IMG/VR virus record: IMGVR_UViG_3300037479_000484
Coordinates: 1-37,313 of that record
DNA: 37,313 nucleotides
Origin: a virus
Lineage: Duplodnaviria > Caudoviricetes
Direction: 5' to 3' (one strand)
Both the position numbers and the translations under genes were made by a program. Shown in pieces: positions 1-8,977 of this stretch. Positions within the stretch are counted from its first letter, which is position 1, and each line of letters starts with the position of its first letter. The notes under the pieces are model-generated. The model had not been told where the DNA came from. It did not search any database and saw only the letters and a program-made list of their open reading frames with translations.

Positions 1-127
1 CACGTTTGACTGCATTAATGGCTTTGCGTCGTAGATCGTAATCGTAAGGGGCTGGCATAATAAATGTTTGTGTCTTTGGCGAAACTACTTTTACTATTAT
101 GTCTTAATATGCCCTCGTAGGGCTATA
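1..127 (-). mobile_element. Left end of an IS630-family insertion sequence (element continues beyond the window start)
   Basis: Minus strand from ATG at 58 reads MPAPYDYDLRRKAINAVKR, like the N-terminus of cyanobacterial IS630 transposases (MPAPYSYDLR). A candidate terminal sequence TATAGCCCTACGAGGGCATATTAAGACAT begins at the TA at 126-127. Confidence 0.75.
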
Positions 128-279
128 TCGCTCAAAAAAAAGAGAAGGACGAGCGATGGATTAGATATTATTTCACAATGGAATTTGGTCAATTGCAATC
201 GTAGTTTTTAGCTATTTTTATTCTTCTCTTGCCACTTTTGTAGACAAACGATATAATAGAGAAGTAATTTACAAAGGAG

Positions 280-483
280 GTGTGTATTACTCAAGCCAAT
301 AACGGTAACGGCAACGGTCATAACGACGAATACCGTCCTACCAAAACCCATGAAATTCTTTCTCCAGAGAACGATCAATGGGCAGAGATGGATGAGGAAG
401 GCGAAGTGATTGACTATTTCGTCGATAGCCAAGAAGTCAAAGACAATCTTGAACTAAACGACGAAACCGAAACCGACAACTAA
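280..483 (+). CDS. Small acidic hypothetical protein (start uncertain)
   Basis: 67-aa ORF. AAGGAGG at 274-280 overlaps the called GTG, so the true start may be just downstream. Followed by a hairpin. Confidence 0.45.
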   Translation: MCITQANNGNGNGHNDEYRPTKTHEILSPENDQWAEMDEEGEVIDYFVDSQEVKDNLELNDETETDN

Positions 484-489
484 ACCACC

Positions 490-530
490 GATGTCCCTAG
501 TTCATCTCTAGGGGCATCTTCCTTGCTTTT
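490..530 (+). terminator. Putative intrinsic terminator
   Basis: GATGTCCCTAG (490-500) pairs with CTAGGGGCATC (508-518): 11-bp stem with one G-U pair, followed by a T-rich run. Confidence 0.55.
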
Positions 531-542
531 TCCCATACTATC

Positions 543-866
543 ATGACCACTAAAATCTACTACCCAAGTTATATTCGTATCGTCGAGCGATGCCCCGGAG
601 CATGGGGATTTCGTTCGGGGAAACCTTTTTATAAACCGCCTCAATCGTCTGTAGACATTCGCAATCCAGAGAAAGCCTATGGGTTGACCAAAAAAGAAGT
701 AACCATTGAGCTATTTAGGATTAATGGCGGCAGACTTGGTTATTACCTCGCGAACTTGCGCGATCGCAAGTATTACTACTGTGGAACCAAATGGCAGGAT
801 GTCAAAACTACGCTGCGCCAATTAGGGATCGGTAGAGACGATCCAATGGAGAAAGACAATGCCTAG
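543..866 (+). CDS. Hypothetical protein, cyanobacterial mobile-element type
   Basis: 107-aa ORF with FRINGGRLGYYLANLRDRKYYYCG segment; overlaps the next gene. Confidence 0.7.
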   Translation: MTTKIYYPSYIRIVERCPGAWGFRSGKPFYKPPQSSVDIRNPEKAYGLTKKEVTIELFRINGGRLGYYLANLRDRKYYYCGTKWQDVKTTLRQLGIGRDDPMEKDNA

Positions 867-1086
867 ACCCAGAAAATACAAAGACTCAGGCGAACGCTAC
901 GATGCTTTTATCGAACGTCATCCCGACTATCAAAAGCGCGATCGCGTCAAGAAAACTAAGCGCGAATGGGCGAGGGCAAATAGCCCTGAATGCCCAACTT
1001 GTACTCTATGTGGCGCGAGGCTCAAAAGCTCTCAAACGAGAGCCTCTGGCATTTGTCGCGCCTGTAGGCGAAAAGGATTGAAATAG
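859..1086 (+). CDS. Small basic Zn-finger protein
   Basis: 75 aa, Arg/Lys-rich, CPTCTLC and CRAC cysteine pairs. Confidence 0.65.
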   Translation: MPRPRKYKDSGERYDAFIERHPDYQKRDRVKKTKREWARANSPECPTCTLCGARLKSSQTRASGICRACRRKGLK

Positions 1087-1113
1087 TTCAAAGTGCCCAG
1101 ACGCACTTTGAAC
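1086..1113. terminator. Hairpin between convergent genes (probable bidirectional terminator)
   Basis: Perfect 11-bp inverted repeat GTTCAAAGTGC / GCACTTTGAAC with a 6-nt loop, between stop codons at 1086 and 1115. Confidence 0.65.
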
Positions 1114-1114
1114 T

Positions 1115-4100
1115 TTAGAACTTCAGAGGAGCGATCGCGTTCACCGCTCCCTTGACAATTCCCGTCACGTCTTCTGCCACTTGACTTCGCACCTTCCTCA
1201 ACAATTCTTTCTGATTCGCGTCGGCAAACTGATTGATAAATTGATTGCTCTGCGTTAGCTGTGGCGGCTTCTGCGCGTTAACAGCCGCAATCAAACTATC
1301 CAACTTTGCCACTACAGACCGATTGCTCTGTTCGACGGCTCTACTAAGATCCGACATTGGCGGAACGGGAATGCTCGCCGGATATTTTTGCATCAAATCG
1401 CCAATCGTTTGAGGGCGACCGTATTGGGCATTATAATCTCGTCTCGGCACTAGATCGGTAGCACGACCGCCCTTACCGATATATTCTTGCCGTTCTTTTG
1501 CTCTGGCTAAATTCTGTTCGTTTTGCAGTTGTTGGTTAGCCGTTTCCTGTTCGATTCTGAGTTGCTGCTGTTTGAGATCCAGAATGGCTTGTTCTTGCAG
1601 GTATTCTTCATTGAGCAACGAGAGTCTCTCAGTCGTTGCCGCAAGTTCTTGGTCGATTAGCCTAATACTCTCCTGTATCGCCGCTCTTTCTTCGGAGCTT
1701 GCCGCACTTCTTAGATTCTTTTGCTCCTCAATCTTGCTGCGTCGCAGTTCGGCTAGTTCCTTCTCGGTCTCCAATTGCGATCGCTTTTGAGAGATTTCTA
1801 GTTTTTTGCGTTCTATTTGCAGATTTGCCAGCGCTAAAGTCTGCTCTTGTTTTTGGGCTTCTAACTTCAGTTGGCGCGATCGCTCCTCTAGGGCTATGCG
1901 CTCTCTGGCTATCCTCAACTCAAATTGTGCCAGCGTCTCGCGTTGCGGGTTATATCCTTGCGCTCTCAATTCAAGAGCCGCCGCCCTCTTCTGTCTGGCA
2001 GCGATCGCTTTTTGTTGTACGTCAGAAAGTTCCGGTCTTACCGCGTCGATTAGTTCCCCGATGCGATCTAACCTGGCGAGTTGAGAATCAATTTGGGCGC
2101 TAGCGGCAGCGTTGTATGCCTTGGCTAAATCGGCTCCCGCTTGAGCGAGTTGGTTAATGCGCTCTATTGCTTCCTCTTGACGCGATAACGCCTCAGTTTG
2201 GAGATCGATTTGCTTGAGGCGATTTGCGCTCGCCTTTTCTTGCATCTCGCTAACTTTTTGCGTCGCTTCCTGTTCGCTTTGTAGCAGTTGTAAAGTTAAC
2301 TCAGCAAGTTTTTGTTTACTTTGTCCTAGAAGCTGGTCTTTTTCGGTTGGATCGATATCTTTATCCGTTAACTTTTCTATTTCGGCAGCTCTTATCTTCT
2401 CAATTTGAATCTGTCTCTTCAGTAACTCCTGAGACGACTCTAGTCGCAATTTATCGGCTTGTTCTTGAGAAATTGTTCCTTTTTGTAATCCCTTTTCAAT
2501 TTCAATTTGACGGAGGGTTTCTGCTTCTTCTTGTTTAGTCAAAGCCATCGCATTGTAGCGGTCTAATTCGCTGAGCGCGTCGCTGTAATTTTTGCGAGTT
2601 CTCTTGACAATTTTAACGCCGTTTTCTTCTTGTATATCTAAGGAATCTTCAGCAATTTGTTTTTCTAATTCCGCTCGTTCTTTTCTCAGTTTGTTATAAG
2701 CTTTTCTTTCTTCATCCGTAAAGGTTGGAAGTTTAATATCTTTTGAACGATTTGTTATTCCTTCTTTTAAAGCTTCTATCTCTCGTTTTTTTAACTCAGC
2801 ATCATAACCAGCGATGACTTTTTCTATTTCTTTTAGTCGTTCTTGTGCCCGTTTAACTTTATCTTGGGCTTTCTGTGCTTCTGCCTCTTCTTGTGTAATT
2901 TCGCCTTTTAATACTCGCTTAGCAATCTCGGCTTCGGCTTCGGCGGCTGCTATTTCTTGATTGGTAATAAATTCTTCTAATTGTACGTTTAACTCGGCAT
3001 AAGTCGAACTTAGTTCTGCTCCTGCCCCCCTTAATCTTTTAAGTCCAGGTAATAATCGCTCAATGTTTTTTAATAAATCTTCTTTTAAGCCAACTGCATA
3101 ATCTTCTTGAAAATTAGTATTTTCTAAGACATTTCTCAGATTTTCTAACTCAGCAACTTGTCCTGCTATAGCTCTTCCCGAAACATCTGCACCGTTGGCA
3201 ATATCGGATTGTAATTGAATGGCTCGACTCAAGGCAGCGTTAGCATCATCAATTAGTTCGCCTTCGCTAACAACTTGACGAGAACGAATGGCTTCTAATA
3301 AGTCAAAGCCATTAATCGCCTCATTTAGTCCGAAATCGAGTTTATCAAAAAATTGAACAATCCAACCTTGTTCTTCTCTCCATTGCTGGATTCTTGCTTT
3401 GGATTGAGATACTAAATCTCTAGTTAACTGTTCGGGATTGAGCGCCCTTTGCGTTACCTCGGCAGCACGGGCAATTGATTCTCGTGCGTCCTTAGTGGCG
3501 TTGTCGGCTGCGCTTACTGCCCCTCCTATTTCAAACCAGGCAGCAGCAGCACCCGCCAAGACGAACGAAATAGCTCCCAATCCAACTTGAGATTTAAGGA
3601 AGCTAACAACGGATAATCTTGCTGTATTAATGGCTCCTGTCAGCCGTGCAAACGCCCCTACGCTGGCTGCGCTTGTTGTAGATGAAGCAGCCCCCACTCC
3701 TAAAATAGATCTTGTCAGATTTTGTACTTGAGTAAGAATTACTCGCAGTGCAAACTCAATAACATTTTTACCAACAAAAAGAGAGATTACGCCGACAATA
3801 CTTTTAACATTCCCCTCAAGAATTTTCAGAGAACCCGACAAAGCATCAATGACGGGAATTGCATAAGGTTTAATCGCTTCTCCAATGGAAGCTGCTAAAA
3901 TTTGGGATTGATTTTTTAGATTCTCAAGAGCAAATCCCAATCCTCGCTCGATTTGGGTAAATCCATAACTGGTTTCAGTTTCTAAACCAGTAAAGAAAGC
4001 TCGCAATACGGTAATATAATCGAGCGTTCCTTTTTCTACTCGCCCTAACAACTCGGCACTAGAAATATTTAATTGTCTAGCAATTATATCCAGAGTACCT

Positions 4101-5521
4101 GGAATATTCTGTGCCAATTGAGTTTGAAGCTCTTCGGCTTGAACTTTTTGTTTGCTAGCTATTTGCCCAATAGCTGATAACGCAGAATCAAATTGTTGTG
4201 GATCTAATCCATAAAGAGTTGCCGCTTTTGATAAAGTTTCGATATCTTTGACCGCAGTTTTGGCTAAAGGGCTATCCTTAACTACGGCTAAATACTTGCT
4301 GTAATTTCGAGATAAAGTATCAAAACTTTGTCCGGTATCTTGAGCGACTTGCCTTAACTGAGTTAAAGTATCTTTTGCCCCCGTCTCTCCTTGAATAGCT
4401 GTTAAGGAATTTCTAAGATTTTCTAATTTAATGGTGGCTTGGGGAATCGAACGAATAAAGTTTCCAACTGCATTGGTAATTGCTTGAAAAGCTTGTTGAA
4501 TTAAAAAGATCGTTGCTCTAAAAGTGACAAAGCCAACGACGACTTGAGTTAAAGACAATCCAATTTTTTTAAGTGCCCCATCTACGGCTCTGGCACTAGA
4601 AACGATCAGGTTAAAGGCAGGCGGGATTAAGCCAAAAATATTCCCTTTAAATTTAGCAGCAAAAGTATCACTTTTTAATAAATTTGCTATAGCTTTGTCA
4701 AACTTTTCTAAGCCAGATAAATCTGGAGTATCTATCTTTAATCCTTTGCCTCGCAGATTATCAAAAATACTTTGAACTTTTGCCTTTAATCCGTCAATCG
4801 GCTTGGTATCGACTTTTAGATCGACTTTAACCGGAGAGACTTTACTAACCCGATTTTTAAGGGCATCGACATTTTCGAGAAGCGATCGCTTAAAAATGTT
4901 GGAGAAACCCGTTACTAATCCTTTGCCTAGTTTGCTAAAGCTAAAGCCAAATTCATCATTAATTCCGGCAAAAATCCCTTTAACAAATTCTCCAAAAGTT
5001 TGATTGAGAAGGATTTTTAAGCTTTCTGCATAGAGAATTAAGCCAGTCGTGGGCGGCAAAGCTAATCGAATGCGTTGAATCCCTGCATTAATTGTTCGCA
5101 CGGCTGCCGCCGCAAACCCGACCCCTAACGTTACCCCCAACGGAACCAAAGCAGCCGTTAAGCCAGCCTTGAGCAGTCCGATAATGGTTGGAATAGCAGC
5201 GATGACCGCAGTACTAGCCAAACCCGTCACCAATAAAGGCGTACTTCGTCCGATTAACTGAAAGGCAGATTGCAGCCCTAGAGGAAGTCGAGCAAATATG
5301 CCTGAAAAGGTTTGACTAACCGTGGCGAGTGCAGGGGCTAGAACGGTGGGAAGTTGAGCGACATATTTGGTAATGCCACCCATTATGCCCGGAATCTGTT
5401 GCCCAATTGATGTAATGGCTGGCAGTACCAGTTTGGGGATTTGAGCGGCAAATGCAGATACTGCCTTTAATGCACTTTGTAAATTCAGCCCTAGATCGGC
5501 AGCGATCGCGATTCCTTGCAT
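1115..5521 (-). CDS. Phage tail tape measure protein
   Basis: 1468 aa, Ala/Gly/Leu-rich helical N-half with a tape-measure core motif (IGQIASKQKVQAEELQTQLAQNIPG) and a long coiled-coil C-half; TAATG coupling to the upstream gene. Confidence 0.9.
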   Translation of the reverse strand: MQGIAIAADLGLNLQSALKAVSAFAAQIPKLVLPAITSIGQQIPGIMGGITKYVAQLPTVLAPALATVSQTFSGIFARLPLGLQSAFQLIGRSTPLLVTGLASTAVIAAIPTIIGLLKAGLTAALVPLGVTLGVGFAAAAVRTINAGIQRIRLALPPTTGLILYAESLKILLNQTFGEFVKGIFAGINDEFGFSFSKLGKGLVTGFSNIFKRSLLENVDALKNRVSKVSPVKVDLKVDTKPIDGLKAKVQSIFDNLRGKGLKIDTPDLSGLEKFDKAIANLLKSDTFAAKFKGNIFGLIPPAFNLIVSSARAVDGALKKIGLSLTQVVVGFVTFRATIFLIQQAFQAITNAVGNFIRSIPQATIKLENLRNSLTAIQGETGAKDTLTQLRQVAQDTGQSFDTLSRNYSKYLAVVKDSPLAKTAVKDIETLSKAATLYGLDPQQFDSALSAIGQIASKQKVQAEELQTQLAQNIPGTLDIIARQLNISSAELLGRVEKGTLDYITVLRAFFTGLETETSYGFTQIERGLGFALENLKNQSQILAASIGEAIKPYAIPVIDALSGSLKILEGNVKSIVGVISLFVGKNVIEFALRVILTQVQNLTRSILGVGAASSTTSAASVGAFARLTGAINTARLSVVSFLKSQVGLGAISFVLAGAAAAWFEIGGAVSAADNATKDARESIARAAEVTQRALNPEQLTRDLVSQSKARIQQWREEQGWIVQFFDKLDFGLNEAINGFDLLEAIRSRQVVSEGELIDDANAALSRAIQLQSDIANGADVSGRAIAGQVAELENLRNVLENTNFQEDYAVGLKEDLLKNIERLLPGLKRLRGAGAELSSTYAELNVQLEEFITNQEIAAAEAEAEIAKRVLKGEITQEEAEAQKAQDKVKRAQERLKEIEKVIAGYDAELKKREIEALKEGITNRSKDIKLPTFTDEERKAYNKLRKERAELEKQIAEDSLDIQEENGVKIVKRTRKNYSDALSELDRYNAMALTKQEEAETLRQIEIEKGLQKGTISQEQADKLRLESSQELLKRQIQIEKIRAAEIEKLTDKDIDPTEKDQLLGQSKQKLAELTLQLLQSEQEATQKVSEMQEKASANRLKQIDLQTEALSRQEEAIERINQLAQAGADLAKAYNAAASAQIDSQLARLDRIGELIDAVRPELSDVQQKAIAARQKRAAALELRAQGYNPQRETLAQFELRIARERIALEERSRQLKLEAQKQEQTLALANLQIERKKLEISQKRSQLETEKELAELRRSKIEEQKNLRSAASSEERAAIQESIRLIDQELAATTERLSLLNEEYLQEQAILDLKQQQLRIEQETANQQLQNEQNLARAKERQEYIGKGGRATDLVPRRDYNAQYGRPQTIGDLMQKYPASIPVPPMSDLSRAVEQSNRSVVAKLDSLIAAVNAQKPPQLTQSNQFINQFADANQKELLRKVRSQVAEDVTGIVKGAVNAIAPLKF

Positions 5522-5886
5522 TAGCTATTTTCTAGTTGTTGTAACTGCATTTTTAGACTGGCTATTTGTTGGCTTTTAATCGATGAAATCCCACTATTAT
5601 TCCCCATTGGTTGCAGAGGCACTGGAATTTCAGAAAATAGATCGACAATCAAGTCATTCATTCCCTCAACATCCAAGCCTTCCAAGCCTTCAGGAGTTGC
5701 GATCGCCGGATCGATGTCGGGAATGATGCGTTTGAGGGCTGATGCTGCTGCTTGTGCGATTTCATCCGTTAGCCCTAAAGGGCTAGTTAAATCCAATGCC
5801 ATCAAATATTTTGCTAGGGGAAGCAAAGTGATTTTGCTGGGCGATTGAAATTCATAAGTTTTGCCTTTAATGGTGATTTTTGGCAT
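5521..5886 (-). CDS. Probable tail assembly chaperone
   Basis: 121 aa, begins MPKITIKGKTYEF, lies directly upstream of and coupled to the tape measure gene. Confidence 0.65.
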   Translation of the reverse strand: MPKITIKGKTYEFQSPSKITLLPLAKYLMALDLTSPLGLTDEIAQAAASALKRIIPDIDPAIATPEGLEGLDVEGMNDLIVDLFSEIPVPLQPMGNNSGISSIKSQQIASLKMQLQQLENS

Positions 5887-5891
5887 AAATA

Positions 5892-5924
5892 GATTTCAGT
5901 AGCAATACTGAAATCAATTATACA
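5892..5924 (-). promoter_or_regulatory. Minus-strand -10 box and leader palindrome for the chaperone-tape measure unit
   Basis: TATAAT on the minus strand at 5917-5922; perfect 10-bp inverted repeat GATTTCAGTA-gcaa-TACTGAAATC at 5892-5915. Confidence 0.45.
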
Positions 5925-6001
5925 AAAATCTAAAAGAAGTATTTTCACTAATTACATCGTTAAAAACTTGCTAGATAATTTAATTAAGGAAGCAACTAGC
6001 A

Positions 6002-6658
6002 ATGATGAATACTAATCGAATTCCAGTCAATCTTTATTTAAACGATTCAAACGGACAATTTGACCCAACCAAGGCTTTAATTGGGGCGGCGGTTGGCACC
6101 ATTCTTTTAGGAGGTTGGGGGGCTTTATTTGGGGCTGCTTTAGGAGGAAAGCATAATCAGTACACCTTTACTATTGTTTTTGAGGACGATAGTAGAGAGG
6201 ATTTTTCTTATTTAGACAAATCTTCTTTTTTAACCCAATTATTAATCTGGAAATGGAGAATTACCAATCAAGCAACCGTCAAAGATTTCGTGACATTTGA
6301 TTTACCATTTTCTAACTTTGCTAATATTTCTAATACCACCATTGCCAAACATACGGGACTAGATGAAATTCCTTCAATTGATGCTAATACTAGAAAAGCA
6401 ACCGTCAAAAAACTAGCAGAATTTTTAGTTAAAGAAATTACCCGATTTATTAATGCTCAACCGCAGACGATTAGAAAAACCCCTAGCAGCGATAATCTAG
6501 GAAATATTACCTTTGCATCAGATTTAGAACTTTTGATAGCAGGAGTCATCGTTATCGGACTTTTTGTCGGTGGGGTAACGGCTTATAATGCAGTGACGAG
6601 TTCCCAAGAATTCAAAGCCGTTGAATTCGCCGTACAATCCTCTCCTCTGCTCTTCTAA
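6002..6658 (+). CDS. Accessory membrane protein (moron)
   Basis: 218 aa, AT-rich, opposite strand to the tail genes; Gly-zipper-like hydrophobic segment ALIGAAVGTILLGGWGALFGAALGG and a C-terminal hydrophobic helix; AAGGA RBS. Confidence 0.7.
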   Translation: MMNTNRIPVNLYLNDSNGQFDPTKALIGAAVGTILLGGWGALFGAALGGKHNQYTFTIVFEDDSREDFSYLDKSSFLTQLLIWKWRITNQATVKDFVTFDLPFSNFANISNTTIAKHTGLDEIPSIDANTRKATVKKLAEFLVKEITRFINAQPQTIRKTPSSDNLGNITFASDLELLIAGVIVIGLFVGGVTAYNAVTSSQEFKAVEFAVQSSPLLF

Positions 6659-7136
6659 TCGGAGAATTCGGCTGTAGCGTACCGTCTCTATTTATTCCTG
6701 CCACGTTGATCCGATCTCTATATCTTTGAGTCCCGACGGTAGCTATCTTTCGAGCAATTAAGAAAGCAATGCGTCTAGATAGTAATGGATCGGATTCAAT
6801 TTTTGTTTCAACCCATTGCTGAATCGGAGCTAGAGGGGGGAATAATCCCGGTCCACGTCCGGCAATCCTGAAAATAGCATTGTCAGACGTATTGTAAATA
6901 CTTGCACTGATAGTAAATCCTGATGGCTCCCTTCGAGGAATCGTGACTTGCCATGACGAGGCTAATTGTCCTGTCGCGCCTCTAGGTGATTCTCTTTCAA
7001 GCTCGGCTGCACAATTTAACAATTCGTCTTCAAAGATTTTTTGGATTCCAGCTCTATAGGCAACATCAGCGATTACCCCTGGGTTAGCTGAAATTTTAAG
7101 ACGTACATTACCTTGAGTGATTTCAAATCTAGCCAT
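6612..7136 (-). CDS. Tail completion/neck protein, HK97 gp10-like
   Basis: 174 aa, basic; ESPRGATGQLASSWQV resembles the gp10-like P.xTG.L.xS motif; sits in the tail module. Confidence 0.6.
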   Translation of the reverse strand: MARFEITQGNVRLKISANPGVIADVAYRAGIQKIFEDELLNCAAELERESPRGATGQLASSWQVTIPRREPSGFTISASIYNTSDNAIFRIAGRGPGLFPPLAPIQQWVETKIESDPLLSRRIAFLIARKIATVGTQRYRDRINVAGINRDGTLQPNSPIRRAEERIVRRIQRL

Positions 7137-7144
7137 TTTATTAG

Positions 7145-7333
7145 TTAAAACATTCTTCCCGTTCGAGTAGCTGAAAACTGACTCGAAGGCAAAGCAATTC
7201 TCGCAATCCGTCCGCCTCTAGCTACACTCAAATAAGGAACTCCCGTTCTCCCATTGGGTTGCAATAACCTCGTTTTAGGAACGATTTTTTTGAGTTCTGA
7301 CTCTACAATTTTTTGTGCTTGTTTGAGATCCAT
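7145..7333 (-). CDS. Small hypothetical protein
   Basis: Likely start is ATG 7333 (MDLKQAQKIV); the longer ORF call runs into the CAATTCG repeat. Confidence 0.5.
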   Translation of the reverse strand: MDLKQAQKIVESELKKIVPKTRLLQPNGRTGVPYLSVARGGRIARIALPSSQFSATRTGRMF

Positions 7334-7340
7334 ATACTTG

Positions 7341-7479
7341 CAATTCGCAATTCGCAATTCGCAATTAAGATAATACAATGAATTTTAGCGACAAGACATA
7401 AGTACTACACCGAAGCAGCCTGCGGCTGCCGGACGCGCAGCGTCCTCCGGTAATTTTGAATTTTGAATTTTGAATTTTG
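7341..7479. repeat. Heptamer tandem repeats flanking a GC-rich branched palindrome
   Basis: CAATTCG about 3.7 copies (7341-7366); AATTTTG x4 (7452-7479); hairpins GCAGCC-tgc-GGCTGC (7415-7429) and GGACGC-gca-GCGTCC (7431-7445). Confidence 0.85.
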
Positions 7480-7490
7480 AATGATTTTTT

Positions 7491-8219
7491 ATGCCTAACG
7501 TACAGTTTAAAGACGCAATTTCTGTCAATGATATCGCCGCACTCAAAGCAGTCGCCCCAGCCGATCGCGCCGACAAATCCCTACGTATTGTCGTCGCCCC
7601 TGGAAACAACCTGCCACCAACATGGTATCAGTTCGACGGCGATTCAACTTTCAGCGAAATGCTACCAGGAATTGTTGCTCCTACAACCGGGACAGGACGA
7701 TGGATTATGGTAGGAACGCCCATTTATTTTGCTAGTGACATTCCCAACGCCGTTCCTCCTTTAGCTGGGATGCGATGGGTTTTTGGTTTTAGAGTTTGGG
7801 AGTCCATCGGAACACAATTTTCTTCGCAATGGATAGAATTAAGTCCTTCTTCTGTCGATGGGTTAAACCATGCTGGAATAACGTTCACTTCTGAACAGGT
7901 GGATGATGGTCAAACCTTCAATATCACTACGTCTAGCGCTTCCATTCCGATTCGATTTATATCTACTGGTAGCTATCGTGCTGTTTATACCATTCCCGAC
8001 ACTGGAGTCCCTTCTGCAAGGCGTTATACCTTTATCAATACGGGATCTGAAGAGATCGTATTGCAATTAGGGGAAGGTTCGACAACTGGATATATACTTC
8101 AATCTAGCGCAAGTATGACTATCATCTGGGATAGCGACAACCAGCTTTGGGTAATTGAAAGTAAATTTCCCTCTCCACTAACAACTACTACCATTAGCGG
8201 CGGTGGAGGCGGATATTAA
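7491..8219 (+). CDS. Putative virion appendage (tail fiber/spike-like) protein
   Basis: 242 aa, beta-rich. The N-terminal DIAALKA...WYQFD...PTTGTGRW resembles tailspike attachment domains and aligns by eye with the C-terminus of the 14945-16483 protein. Confidence 0.55.
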   Translation: MPNVQFKDAISVNDIAALKAVAPADRADKSLRIVVAPGNNLPPTWYQFDGDSTFSEMLPGIVAPTTGTGRWIMVGTPIYFASDIPNAVPPLAGMRWVFGFRVWESIGTQFSSQWIELSPSSVDGLNHAGITFTSEQVDDGQTFNITTSSASIPIRFISTGSYRAVYTIPDTGVPSARRYTFINTGSEEIVLQLGEGSTTGYILQSSASMTIIWDSDNQLWVIESKFPSPLTTTTISGGGGGY

Positions 8220-8220
8220 T

Positions 8221-8970
8221 ATGAAGGTTGCATTGGTAATCCCTGTTTATAACCGTGCCAACTATTTAGCCCAAACTATTGAAAGCGCCTTATCTCAAAC
8301 CTGGAAAGATTTTAATTTGACTATTTGGGATGATGGTTCTACCGATAATTCTTCATTAATTGCCACTCGTTATGCGAGATCGGATTCACGCCTAAGTGTA
8401 ATAGACGCTCCTCATTCAGGAGTAGGAGCAGCCTTAAAAAAGGCGATTGCCGGCACGATGGGCGAATATGTCGGCACCCTTGACAGCGACGATTTGCTTG
8501 CCCCGACTGCACTCGAAGAAACCGTTCGCATCTTAAACGCCAACCCCAATACCGGGATGGTTTATACCAATTACCATGAAATAGATGATGCGGGCAAAGT
8601 TCTTGGATTGGGAAAGCGCTGTAAAATTCCCTATTCAAAAGATAATATCCTACTTGATTTTATGACCTTTCATTTTCGGTTGATGCGACGAACGGTGTAT
8701 GATGCAGTAGGGGGATTCGATTCTGAATTTAGGATGGCTCCAGATTACGATCTATGCTTAAAACTTTCTGAAGCAACCAATATTTATCATTTAAAATGTC
8801 CCTTATATTTTTATCGGATTCACAACGACAGGATTTCGTCTTTGTATCGAATTGAGCAAATTAAATACGCTTATCTTGCCATGACAAATGCACTCGCTCG
8901 CCGTGGAATGTCTCAAGATTGGAAGATTGAATTTCAGCCAAGGTTTGAATTAAAAAAACTGAATTGTTAA
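8221..8970 (+). CDS. Family 2 (GT-A) glycosyltransferase
   Basis: VIPVYN, WDDGSTD, LDSDD and GGFD...DYDL motifs; ATG 8221 follows GGAGG. Confidence 0.92.
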   Translation: MKVALVIPVYNRANYLAQTIESALSQTWKDFNLTIWDDGSTDNSSLIATRYARSDSRLSVIDAPHSGVGAALKKAIAGTMGEYVGTLDSDDLLAPTALEETVRILNANPNTGMVYTNYHEIDDAGKVLGLGKRCKIPYSKDNILLDFMTFHFRLMRRTVYDAVGGFDSEFRMAPDYDLCLKLSEATNIYHLKCPLYFYRIHNDRISSLYRIEQIKYAYLAMTNALARRGMSQDWKIEFQPRFELKKLNC

Positions 8971-8977
8971 AACAGCG

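Noticed and set aside
1572-5003. Plus-strand ORFs inside the tape measure gene, and similar shadow ORFs within capsid, terminase, portal and que genes
   Set aside because: They are antisense or alternate-frame by-products of long coding sequences, with no motifs.
7385-7609. 74-aa minus-strand ORF containing SKFKIQNSKL
   Set aside because: It is a translation of the heptamer repeat and palindromes, antisense to the 242-aa gene.
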